A DNA stretch of 64,000 nucleotides from the human T2T-CHM13v2.0 reference genome, Homo sapiens, in assembly GCF_009914755.1 (NCBI RefSeq), contig NC_060935.1. One strand, 5' to 3'. Positions 13,659-24,019 of this stretch are shown here, in pieces; the stretch's first letter is position 1; every line of letters begins with the position of its first letter. Below the pieces are notes generated by a model that had not been told where the DNA came from, did not search any database, and saw nothing but the letters and a program-made list of their open reading frames with translations. Both the position numbers and the translations under genes were made by a program.

Positions 13659-13690
13659 TAATGGCAAAAACCGCAATTACTTTTGCACAA
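13659..13690. mobile_element. MADE1 (mariner-derived) half element
   Basis: TAATGGCAAAAACCGCAATTACTTTTGCAC matches one MADE1 arm. Confidence 0.8.
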
Positions 13691-13914
13691 ATGATACATA
13701 GTAAATCAGAAGAACATGAGTAACTGACAGTTTTCTTTATAAATTTTATTACTTAATAAACCTTTACATCTTTAGAGTGCATTTAACTTTGAAACACATT
13801 TACATTTAATTTTCTAATTATTCCTTAGATGGACTTATGAGGTTTTATTAAATGACACCCTCAGTCACCAAGATTCTGAGGTAAATTTCTTATGCATTTC
13901 CATGTTTACTTGCT

Positions 13915-14030
13915 TAGTTTCTAACTATACCAATTGAATGTGGATTTTATGAGGGCAAGGGATTTTGTCTGTTTATGCCATGTCTGTTTTTCCCAGTGTA
14001 GAGTATGTGATCAATAAATATTTCTGTATA
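13915..14030 (+). mobile_element. L2 3' end
   Basis: GAATGTGGATTTTATGAGGGCAAGGGATTTTGTCTGTTT...TCAATAAATATTT. Confidence 0.65.
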
Positions 14031-14710
14031 AATAAACAATACTTTATTCTAGATAGCTCTATTTTCTGGATAATTGACAGTTCACGTTTTAAAAATCTAA
14101 ATGAGTTTATTGCTGAGACATGTAAAAGGCTTCCTTGCCTTTTAAAATAGAGCATATTGTCCATAATCTATTTATTTGGGGTACAAGATTAATACTTGGT
14201 TGTGTATTTTACTACCATGATTTTAGGAAACAAGCCATTTCAGTTTCTTTGCCCTTGCCCTAACTGACCTAGACATTCATTTAATTCTATTTGAATCCTT
14301 GAGTTTTCTGCCTTAAAAAAAAAGTGACAATTGATAGCATCAATTTTATTTCAGCAAACATCTACATTGAGTGCCTATTACATGCTAGATATCATGCTGA
14401 TTACAAAAAACAAAGACACTCCCAATACACAGAGACATGTAATCTTATTTCCTTGATGTTAGTGCACAAGAATCTTTCTCACTTTGAATCTGCTTCTACT
14501 CTGTAATGTTATGTATTGAGTTCAGGAATCAATAACCAAGTTTGTTAGCAACATGTATAAAGTATGACAAAGCAGGTATGGAGAGAGGACCATTCCTATT
14601 AGTACTGTTAGGAAATTTTAAAATGTGGATTGAATAATACCTAGTTTGGTCTTTGAGGAGGATTTTTTTTAATTGCATTTGATTCTCAACCATGTTTAGG
14701 ATACCCAAGT

Positions 14711-14999
14711 TCTTTTTTCTTTTTTCTTTTTTTTTTTAGACAGAGTCTCGCTCTGTTGCCAGGCTGGAGTTCAGTGGCACGACCTCGGGGCTCACTGCTA
14801 CCTCCGCCTCCAGGGTTCAAGAAATTCTCCTGCCTCAGTCTCCCGAGTAGCTGGGACTACCACGCCCAACTAATTTTTGTATTTTTAGTAGAGACGGGGT
14901 TTCACCATGTTGGCCAGGATGGTCTCGATCTCCTGACCTTGTGATCCACCCGCCTCGGCCTCCCAAAGTGCTGGGAGGCATGAGCCACCGCGCCTGGCC
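14711..14999 (-). mobile_element. AluS (Sc-like) with a long TSD and two internal deletions
   Basis: TSD AGGATACCCA(A/G)GTTCTTTT at 14698-14716 and 15000-15018. Diagnostic CAGGATGGTCTCGATCTCCTGACCTTGTGATCC. Confidence 0.92.
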
Positions 15000-15739
15000 A
15001 GGATACCCAGGTTCTTTTAAAAGGAAGTATCACTCTATGTCCATATGACAAGATGAAACTGAGACTTGAAAGAATAAATCTCTTGTCCAAGATTGCATTG
15101 CTAGTTAGAAGCAGAGCCAGAACTAAATCTCACCTTTCTTGATTGCTAATTCCATATGCTTTCCACCAGACCACAAACTGACAAGAATTTGTCACAAAAT
15201 GACAAGCCATACCAGTGTGCCCTGTATGTGCCTGTGTGTAATACTCCTAAAAGTTTTATAACATAGGGGGTGAGAGTCATTATTTCCTTTCCTACTAAGC
15301 AAGTACCCAATGTGAATTTGTTAAAGTCAAATCCTTTAAAAGCAAAGAATTGAGACAAAGTTTTGTAACGTGTGTGTAAGGGACAGGAACTTAGGGAAAA
15401 CAGCCACAGACATGGAAGCCAATTCAAAGGATAATCAGGTGTCATCTCTTGCTTTTCTCAAATTGTAAGCTTTTACAGATTCTCAAGGTACTAGTTTAGG
15501 TGAAGCAAAACCCCTAAGCAGGTAGGGAATGCAATCAATGTCAATATGGTTTTACTTCAATGTGAACTTGTCCTGAACACATGCTTTTTCTGGTCTTGTT
15601 TATATTGCTTTCTAGGGGCTGGGTCTTTGTAGCTTCAGTTTCCTATTGGCTTGGCTTTCCAAATTTTCATGATGGGTGGGAGGGGGCATTTGTGTTGTCT
15701 GCTGCTGTGAGGGATCTTCATGCAAGCACACTGTTACTG

Positions 15740-16920
15740 AACACAGTCGCCAGATGGGCTTTTCCAACATATCAATCCAATCATGTCATTGACCACCCCC
15801 ACCCCCGCCAAAAAACCTTCCACTGTCTTCTTATTGCAATTATAATGAAATCTTAACTCTCATCAAGGCCTGCAAGGATGTTGATGAGTTAGCACCTGCC
15901 TCATCCCCTATCTTTCTCCTTACCTCCTCTGTTCTCTGGCTATACTGGCCTTTTTGCTACCTTCTTATACAAAAAGCTCTGTACCTGCTATATTCTCTGC
16001 CTGAACACTTTTGTCCCAGGTCTTCAAGTGGCTGCCTCATCCACATCACTTAGACCTTTACTTACTGGGTTTTTTATCAGAAAGTTTCTCTGTTGTCACC
16101 CTCCTTAATGTCACTCACCCACTCCACCCTGCCATGCCAGCTAACTTCTATCCCATTTCTTATTTTCTTCATAGGGTTTATCAAAATTTGAGTTTTTTTA
16201 ACTTATTTTCATTTTTTCTTCTTTCTTTCTCAATAGAAGATGAGTTGTAGAGGGGCCAGGACCCCTTCTTATTCATTGCTTCTGTTAGTCCATTTGCATT
16301 ACTATAAAGGAATATCTGAGGCTGGGAAATTGATAATTAAAAGGGAAGCAGAGCATAAAAGTTTGGAAAATTCACAAACTGGTTGTGTGGTGGAGAAGGA
16401 AAGAACATTTTCAGGAGTGAAATATGAGCAGGCTGTGGAGCAACCACTTGCTAGACAGATTAGCATGGCTAAAGGGGAGCCAAGTGCTAATAACCAAGAC
16501 AATGGGAAAAAGGCCTTGAAGGCATTTCAGAGATTTTCAAGGCCACCCCCCCATCACAGGCCTAGAGGCCTAGGAGAAAAGAATGGTTTGGGGGGCCACA
16601 TTCAGGACCCCACTGCTCTGCACATCCTTGGGACACTGCTTCCTGCATCATGGCAGCTCCAATTCCAGTCTTGGCTCAAGGTATAGATTAGGGTGCTGCT
16701 TGAGAGGGTATAAGCTGTAAGCCTTGGCAGCTTCCACCAGGTGTTAGGCTTGCAGAACTGTGATTTAAATAAACCTCTTTTCTTTATAAAATACCCAGTC
16801 TCAGGGATTCCTTTATGGCAGCAAAAACAGACTAACACATGACTGTTTTCCCAGCACCTAGAACAGTGTCTAGCACAGAGCTGGGGTTCAGAATTTGGAT
16901 CCCAAATAAATGAATGAACA
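15740..16920 (+). mobile_element. L2 3' region interrupted by the MST insertion at 16281-16839
   Basis: L2 phrases continue across the insertion: ...TTATTCATTGCT | GTTTTCCCAGCACCTAGAACAGTGTCTAGCACAG...AAATGAATGAA. Confidence 0.7.
16281..16839 (+). mobile_element. Rearranged MST-family MaLR: inverted LTR 3' end + internal fragment + LTR 3' end
   Basis: The internal part matches MaLR-int (GGAAGCAGAGCATAAAAGTTTGGAAAATT...CCCATCACAGGCCTAGAGGCCTAGGAG). The right end is AATAAACCTCTTTTCTTTATAAAATACCCAGTCTCAGG...ACTAACACA. The left end is the same terminus in reverse orientation. Confidence 0.8.
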
Positions 16921-17074
16921 GAACTCAAATCAGATGAACTTCAGTAACTCTTGTCGCTGCTTGTCCTGCCCTTGAATTCATTCACAACAGTCAAACCCTC
17001 CTGATTATGCTGGGTGCATAGTCCATGATTCTTGCCTTCACTCATATTAGTAGGATTATTATACAGGTCACACA

Positions 17075-17310
17075 TAATAGCAATAGCAAAAGCAATAGTA
17101 GTAGTAGTAGTAATAATAATAGCCAACACTTATTAAGCATCTGCCAAATGTTGGGCATTGCACTTGCCTCATATATGCCTAACGTTTACCACAGTCCCGC
17201 AAAGTAAGCAATACAATCCATGGCTTGCAGATCAGAAAACAAGGCCACACAGTTAGTAGTGATGGAAGCAGATCTGAACCTGGGAGCATCTAACTGCACA
17301 GCGTGCACGC
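17075..17310 (-). mobile_element. MIR preceded by a short (AGT/AAT)n tract
   Basis: AAGGCCACACAGTTAGTAGTGATGGAAGCAGATCTGAACCTGGG...TCTAACTGCACAGC. Confidence 0.6.
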
Positions 17311-18446
17311 ATATAAGCACAGCTGGATTTCAAAGCCACTATTATCTCAATACTACAATTAATTACTCTGAGCATCTAAGCCACTCTCTCATTAGTGAAT
17401 CACACATAGACACAGTAAAAAACAAACGTCTACAGGGACCTCTGCTGTCAACAGGCACACAACATCCCCATGGCTGAAATGTGAACTCTGAATAATTCTA
17501 TGACTAAGTTTTCCTAAAATCTGCAAGCAGATGCTGTGTGCTTGTCAGAATCTTTGAAAATTCCATTTTCAGAACGTTTCATTTCTTTGAAACATTCATT
17601 ATGTTTCAGGCATATTCCCAGTCCCCCATATTCCTTTCAGCATGCTTATCAGTACTTATTGATAAATTCCTACTCTGAACAGATAGTCTGTCAGGGGCTG
17701 AGGATAAAGGAGACTGTCAGGGAGGGATAGGAAACGAGAGTGGCCTCAGTGCTGCTGACCACACGGGGTTGGAGAGACACCATCCCATGCTCTGCTCCCA
17801 TCAGAAAAGGAACGGAGCAATGGGATCAGGGAGCATGTGGAGGTGGTCCCTAGAACACTCAACGTTAATGAATTTCATTTTGGGAGAAATATGTGGGAGC
17901 TTGGTAAGCATGCCAGCTTCTTTGAGGTTCTGTGGTGCATGATTCCATCTTCTTTTTTTGTTTATAGTGAACAGTCCCAGCAAAGCCCCATTTGCAACAG
18001 AAATTTCCATGGTCCCCCCCTCTCTCCAGGCCTCCACTCCACTGCATTCCACACTGTGACAGTGACAGCCCTAATAGCAAGTAAATACCCAGACCTGGCC
18101 CTTTTAGAGTTCAAGAGTAGGGATCAGCAGGGGAGAGGCAGCCACATCGTGTCCTTGGCAGATGCCTGACGATGATGCTGGCTTTGTAGGAGGAAGGTGG
18201 GAGCTGGGGTGTGCCCAGCTGGAAGCCGCCCGTAATTTAATAATCGCAGATGGAGACTGAGGGTGATATGATACCCCCAGCTGTCTACCACTGCCGCCTT
18301 CAAGGCCCCCGTCGGCTGCCTGGGACTTGGGATGCTTTGGGAAGGGCCTGGTGCGGGTGGGGGCGGCCTAATAAAGCAGCTGGTCTATTAGAAGATAAGC
18401 TTTGTGGAGAATCACACAATCATCCTGAATCCCCCTAATCCTAAAC

Positions 18447-18452
18447 TTTATT
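18447..18452 (-). terminator. Candidate AATAAA for the alternative terminal exon
   Basis: First TTTATT I found downstream of the alternative stop, ~680 nt away. Confidence 0.35.
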
Positions 18453-19099
18453 GCCCTAGATAATAAGCTTTGGTGGCGACGCTCCATTGAAATATGGAAT
18501 TGTCTTCAGGCTGGAGGCACCTGCTGTGTCACTCAGCTCCAGGCCGGCAACTGCCGCACACAATTCAGGGGCAGGTGCACAGTGCCTGCCTTGGCTCCCG
18601 GAGGGAAGGGGGACAGTTAAGGGGGCCAGCCGCTCTCCCACAGAGGGCTCCAAACATTCTGTGCTGGGAAGGCCTGCCTTAGGCCTGAGAATGTTCTCTT
18701 TGTGGTTTGGGCATGAAGCTGTTTAGAGGACTTGGGAGAGAAGGAGCAGGAGGGACTGTTGGTAGGGGATGCCGAGGCTTAGAGAAGGAATCAGCTCTGT
18801 CTGCAGACCTGGGGTGGAGGGGGTCATCAGTGACTGATCTGTCTTTCCTTTTCTCCTACAACCCCTTCCTGCAGTGGCCCTTTATGCACTGGCCCCACCT
18901 CCCCAGTCTGTTTCCTCTTCCAGCAGAGCCCTCCTCCGCAGTCTTTCCTGTTGTCCACCAGGTGAGCTTCCCTGTCGCCTCCTCCTCATGCCTTCTTTGT
19001 CTTCACCAAGGAGAGGCATCTTCCTTCCTTCCTGTGTGCCTCTCTAGTTCTTGATTCATGCCAGGATTGTAGCTCACACAATGCTAATTCATCAGATCA

Positions 19100-19205
19100 T
19101 CAATTAATTGTGTCTATGCCAGTTTCCTCTAGACTAGGAAGTTTTTGAAGGCAGAGAACATATTTTTGTCCTCAGTGCCTTGGAGATGCTCACAGGGTTT
19201 ACTAA
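19100..19205 (+). mobile_element. Degenerate L2 3' end, antisense to and overlapping the alternative MPPED2 exon
   Basis: CTAGACTAGGAAGTTTTTGAAGGCAGAGAACATATTTTTGTCCTCAGTGCCT...GATGCTCA resembles the L2 tail CTAGACTGTAAGCTCCTTGAGGGCAGGGAC...CCCCAGTGCCT...GGTGCTCA. Confidence 0.6.
19134..19201 (-). CDS. MPPED2: MPPED2 alternative terminal exon, coding part: (V)NPVSISKALRTKICSLPSKTS*
   Basis: A long (CT)n polypyrimidine tract precedes CCCCTTTAG| (AG at 19203-19202). A phase-1 join to the 44472 donor gives G|TA AAC CCT ... TCC TAG (stop 19136-19134). The peptide matches my recollection of the C-terminus of the shorter MPPED2 isoform (not verified here). Confidence 0.8.
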
Positions 19206-19206
19206 A

Positions 19207-19245
19207 GGGGAGAGAGAGAAAGAGAGAGGGAGAGAGAGAGAGAGA
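19207..19245. repeat. (GA)n purine microsatellite
   Basis: Directly visible; it forms the polypyrimidine tract on the minus strand. Confidence 0.95.
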
Positions 19246-20407
19246 TGAACATGACCTAAATTATTCAGTTTTCTCTCTGATGGTGTCTTGATTACCTTCC
19301 CATTCTCATAAACAACCCCTCAGCACCTCTCTAGAGGACCAACTGTGTTAGATTAAGTTCAGAGCAATCTTGGCTTTTAACAAGGCCCCTCCACCAAGCA
19401 GTTGCCTTGCAAAAGTGATTAATGAGTTTAGTGGCCTCTAGCGATGAAGCTGACCTCTTCCTCCAGCAGAGCCTTTTGACAGCTTAGACTGAATTCGGGA
19501 GCCTTGACTGAGGTTGGGTACATTCCCAACTACAAGAGATAGGATATGAGGTGGAACATAGTGTGTGTGGTCACCCGCAGAACCAAACTAAGAACTCCAC
19601 TCAGGCAAAAGTGGCCAACCCTTATATTTGAAAATGATGCCCTGGGGATTGTCTATTCACTGAGGGTTAATATGAAATAGGAATTCTTTGTGGTCCTCCT
19701 GCTAAGCTGCTATGCCAGCTTTTGCTTCTATGTATTCATAAAATGTATGCTGGTGGTTATGATTCTGAAGGGCAGAAATTCAGGGACTCCCTGCTTCCTT
19801 TCCTCAGGTAGGATTTAGGTTTAAAATAATTCTCAGTTAACCAATGACAAATTTAATAATCCTGAATGGCTTCATTTACATATCCTATCATACACTGTGC
19901 CACCACAATCTTCTGCTTCTCTAGAAAATATGTTGTTACTTTTCTATTGTCACTCTGCCCAATTTGGTTGCCTTGACTCTGGATCAAGGAGTCTCTGAGA
20001 GGCTGAGGCAGGTGTTAGCCTTTTCAGAAACTGACTCAGGTAGATAGGGAGCCCTTAGTTTTTGGAACCTCACAGCTAATGTTCTCCCTAAAGACCAGAT
20101 AACATAACACAGCAATAATTTGGGGCATCAGAGTACAAGTTAATGGTCAAATACACAGAGTTCCCAAGTCCATCAACACACAAAATACCCACAGCTACTC
20201 AATATCTTCATGGGCCCCAGATCACCTGCCTTTTAGGAAAAAAGCCTCTTATATCATCTATTCAAGAATAACAGTCCACATTAAATATATTTAGTATGTA
20301 AGTGTCGAAATGCAGGCATCTAACTGGCATTTCTTACATTTCACAGATATTCAATTAGATATTTACTAATTTTGATTCTCAGCTTCTTTTAAAATATGCC
20401 AGAAATA

Positions 20408-20631
20408 TGAACTTCTAACTTCCCACTTGAGTTCAAATAACAAATTCAACAACACTTTTTGAGCACTGGCATGTAGAAGATAGTGATTGACTCCCCTCTA
20501 ACAGTTTCTTTGTCTGATTTTGGGGTCTTTGCCAGAAGCCACAAAAATAGTAAGCCTCCACTCTCTTGAAATGTCAAATGTGTTTTTGTCCTTATTGACT
20601 GTTCTCACTGGTCTGTCTCTTTAAGGAAAAG
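20408..20631 (+). repeat. Copy 1 of a 224-bp direct repeat
   Basis: Aligns by eye to 22359-22581 with about 13 substitutions and 1 indel. Confidence 0.95.
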
Positions 20632-20864
20632 TTACAGTACTTTTTCTAGGCCTCAAATGTTGACAGCCTAATAGTCTGGGTATCCACTTATGTTGGCCAA
20701 AGTATAAAAAAGCCCTGAAACCATCCTTTGGTCCCTGGAGGAGTTTATGGTAATGGAGGCCGGAGTCTGGAGAATATATCACTGCCATTGATTGCCCTGT
20801 GGCAGGCGCTGAAATATGTCAACCAAGAGTGCACCCTTATGCTGCTCTGAACTTCAAAGAAAGA

Positions 20865-21335
20865 CTGTTTCGGTTAGCCTTTGCTGTGTAACAAAGTACC
20901 CCAAAACCTAGTGGCTTAAAACAACAACTTATTGTTATATCTTTTAGGATCCTTTGGTTTGGCTCCAAGGTTGCTGTGCCAGTTTTGCCTGGCAGCTGCA
21001 TTCAGCTATAAGGTTAGCTGGGCCCAAAGGTTGAGATGGCTGCCCCTCTCACATGTTTGGCAGTGGTGCTACCTGTTGGCTAAGGCACCTCCCTTCCTTC
21101 CATGGGGCCTCTTATCTTCTAGTCAATGAGACCAGTTTCTTTGTATGGTGGTCTCAGGGCAGCATTCAAAGACGATGGAAGTGAACTGATCAAAGCAAGT
21201 CACACCACCAGCCCAGATTCAAAGGTGTGGAGAAATAGACTCTAGTCCCTGACAGGAGAGTGGCAAAATTATAGTGCACAGGGGCCTGGATCCTGGAATG
21301 GAAAAAATTTGCAGCCATTAAACAACGTACCACAA
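20865..21335 (-). mobile_element. MLT1-family MaLR LTR
   Basis: TTGCTGTGTAACAAAGTACCCCAAAACCTAGTGGCTTAAAACAAC...CAAAGCAAGTCACACCACCAGCCCAGATTCAA. Confidence 0.7.
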
Positions 21336-21689
21336 CCAGGCCACAGATAGATTGCAGATCCCAGAAGTGAAGAGATGGAACTGTCTAGGGGCTTCAAAGA
21401 AGCTAGGGAATTGATTCTGAACTGCAGGCCCAGTGGCTTTGGGCCCCAACTCCCTTTATAAAGTGGCTTCCCTCTGGAGGGAAGCTCAGCAGCTTTTTTG
21501 CTGAATGGCCTAAAAGACAAAGGCTAATTGCTCTTTGGTGTGGTCATTTCAGTCTTTGTCTTGCACTGCTCATACACTCTGTACTTTGGACGTGATTGTA
21601 GACCAGCCCTCAGGTTCCTCATTGAGGAAATCTGGGCCAGGTACCTAACGTTATCAGTTGGTGGGGCAGGCAGTAGAAGCCATGGTCTC

Positions 21690-21945
21690 TGAATGAAACA
21701 GTTGGTGGGATAGTGGGCTCTCACATAAAATTGCTTGGGTTCGCATCCTGGCTCTACCACATATTGCCTGTGATATATGAACAAGAATTCTCTAAGCCTC
21801 AATTTTCTTCTCTGTAAAATGGAATGATTGTGTATGTTTCTAAATGTTTAATCATATGTGTACATGTGTGGATTCAATAAGATCATGTCATTTTGCTTCA
21901 ATGTCTGGCATTTATTAAGTCTTAACTATTAGTTCTCATTATTTT
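21690..21945 (+). mobile_element. MIR
   Basis: TGGGTTCGCATCCTGGCTCTACCAC...CTCTAAGCCTCAATTTTCTTCTCTGTAAAATGG. Confidence 0.75.
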
Positions 21946-22134
21946 CCAATCAACATAGAAGCCAAACTGAAAAGTGTTGTTTGAAATGAATTTCATAATA
22001 TATATTTATAGAATCAAATATCAATTTAAAAATGGAAAAATTCAACCTCCCCAGTTACCTTCACATCTAAAGCCCCAACATTAGGCTTTAAATTAATGTG
22101 ATTCAGGAAGTCACATGAAAAGGGTCTGCATTTT

Positions 22135-22345
22135 CTAGTCACACCAACCTGGATGCTAATCCTGGCTCTGCCAGTTACTAAGTGTGTAATCCAGAGCAAA
22201 TTACCTCTCTAAGCCTCAGTTTCCTCATCTGCAATGGTACATATAATAGTAGTACATATAACTACTTCAAAGAAGTAGTTGTGAGAATTAAGGTAATTAT
22301 GTAAAGCACCTGGTGTATGGTAGGTGTTCAAACTATACTATTTCT
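22135..22345 (+). mobile_element. MIR
   Basis: AATCCTGGCTCTGCCAGTTACTAAG...CTCTAAGCCTCAGTTTCCTCATCTGCAA. Confidence 0.75.
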
Positions 22346-22358
22346 CTTCCTTCCACTT

Positions 22359-22581
22359 TGAATTTCTAACTTCCCACTTGAGTTCAAATAACAAATTCAA
22401 CAACATTTTTGAACACTGGCATGTAGAAGATAGCGATTGACTCCCCTCTAATGGTTTCTTTGTTTGATTTTGGGGTCTTTGCCAGAAGCCACAAAAAGAA
22501 TAAGCCTTCTCTCTCTTGAAATGTCAAATGCTTTTTTGTCCTTATTGACTGTTCTCACCGGTCTGTCTCTTTAAGGAAAAG
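22359..22581 (+). repeat. Copy 2 of the 224-bp direct repeat
   Basis: Aligns by eye to 20408-20631. Confidence 0.95.
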
Positions 22582-23477
22582 GCCCTGAACAGGCTGCTTA
22601 CCCCATTAATACTAAAGGCTGTGAGTTTTTCAGTTCCACTGAACTCTGTGTGACCTTCGCAGACAATAATTACTTTAACATAGGGTTAGGCAACAGCAAC
22701 AAACTTGTCTGAAAATAAGCCAGGGCTTAAAATACAACTTAACCTGGGAGATTTAAGCAGGTAAAGAAGATGGCTTCTCTCCGGAATTGCTTCTTGATTA
22801 ATCACCCCATCTGAGGTCGTTGGAAAAATGACAGTTTTCAAACAGGGCTTTAAATGTCTCCTGCTCTACTTTTCTACCCTGGCAGAAAGCCAGTCCCTGC
22901 AAGCCACTGGTTCTTAAAGGGGACGGGTTCCCTTGGATTTCCCTGAGCTGGAGCTCAGGAGCATGAGATAGTAATGGATAGACAGATGGGAGAGAGTGTT
23001 CATGCTCCCCACTTAAGGTTTGCTCACCTCCAAGATAGACTCAAGGAGCAGTCACTGAACCAGGAGGAAGGAAGCAGCAATATCTGAGGAAGAAGTGCCT
23101 ATTTTAAAATGTGCTCAGGGTTTAAGGCAAAGTGTGTCCACTAGCTTCTTTCCAAACACTTTATCCGGTATCTTGCCTTCTATGCTTGGGTCCTGGCATT
23201 TTGTCAGCTTGGTTCAAGTCTTCCCTCTGTTCCTCTTGCTGGCCTCTTTCCATCCTAGGGTTCTTCCCAGCCACTACTTCCCTGAACATTCACTCCTTGT
23301 ATTTGGGAACCTTCAATTTGTGCCCAATCTGGAGATCACCTCTCATCGACAGTTGTTTCTCTTTCTCAAATTAACTATGAGTCATGTGGGTCAGAGTCTT
23401 GCCTCTCCACCACACCTGCTGGGTACTCAGGACATCACTGGAAGCCCACAGCCAGTGTCCCACCCTCTGTGTCCTTC

Positions 23478-23571
23478 CTAATAGACAACCCTATCTCTGC
23501 TCTCACTACATCCTGGATACAGTCTCTAATAGACAACCCTATCTCTGCTCTCACTACATCCTGGACAGTCT
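23478..23571. repeat. Tandem duplication with a 48-bp period
   Basis: CTAATAGACAACCCTATCTCTGCTCTCACTACATCCTGGA(TA)CAGTCT occurs twice. Confidence 0.95.
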
Positions 23572-24019
23572 CTGTGGTCTTTAGATGACTTTGGCTTTAT
23601 CATCCAGGCCTAAAGCATGCCTCCAACTCAAAGGATTTTCAGACCAGAGTTCCATCTTGGCCTTGGGTAAGAGATTTTCCATAGAAAATTCCCTTCCCTT
23701 TATCTCAAACCAAATCAGCTCTGTCCAGGGATGGTTTGGCACAACCTCCTGCAATTTCCTATCCTGCTTACCTGAGTATGTATACCATCTGACATAGTAT
23801 ATAGTTACTATTTATTATAATATAACCTCCCAGGAGTTTTTGTTATGTTTAGAACTTCATCCTCTGTGCCTAAAACAATGTGAACACATAGGTAGTGCTC
23901 AATAAACATTTGCCCAATAAATAATAAACAAATTATATTTAAGGACTCCCAGAGTTCTGGGGTGTTATGCCTTGTTTATCATAAGTTAGAATGGCTTCTT
24001 GCTGGGATCATTTTTCAAA

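Noticed and set aside
13659-13690. MADE1 copies here and at 56279 as miR-548-type hairpins
   Set aside because: Each retains essentially one arm, so no full pre-miRNA hairpin can form locally.
16240-16686. Longest ORF in the window (148 aa)
   Set aside because: A chance fusion of L2, an inverted LTR end and a decayed MST-int frame; no promoter or splice support.
19431-19450. CTCF-like motif (TCGCTAGAGGCCAC on the minus strand)
   Set aside because: Mismatches at core positions; not supportable without ChIP data.
20408-22581. The 224-bp repeats as the LTR pair of an unknown retroelement or as a CRISPR-like array
   Set aside because: No TG...CA ends, primer-binding site, polypurine tract or outer TSD; the spacer consists of older MIR/MLT1; there are only two copies.
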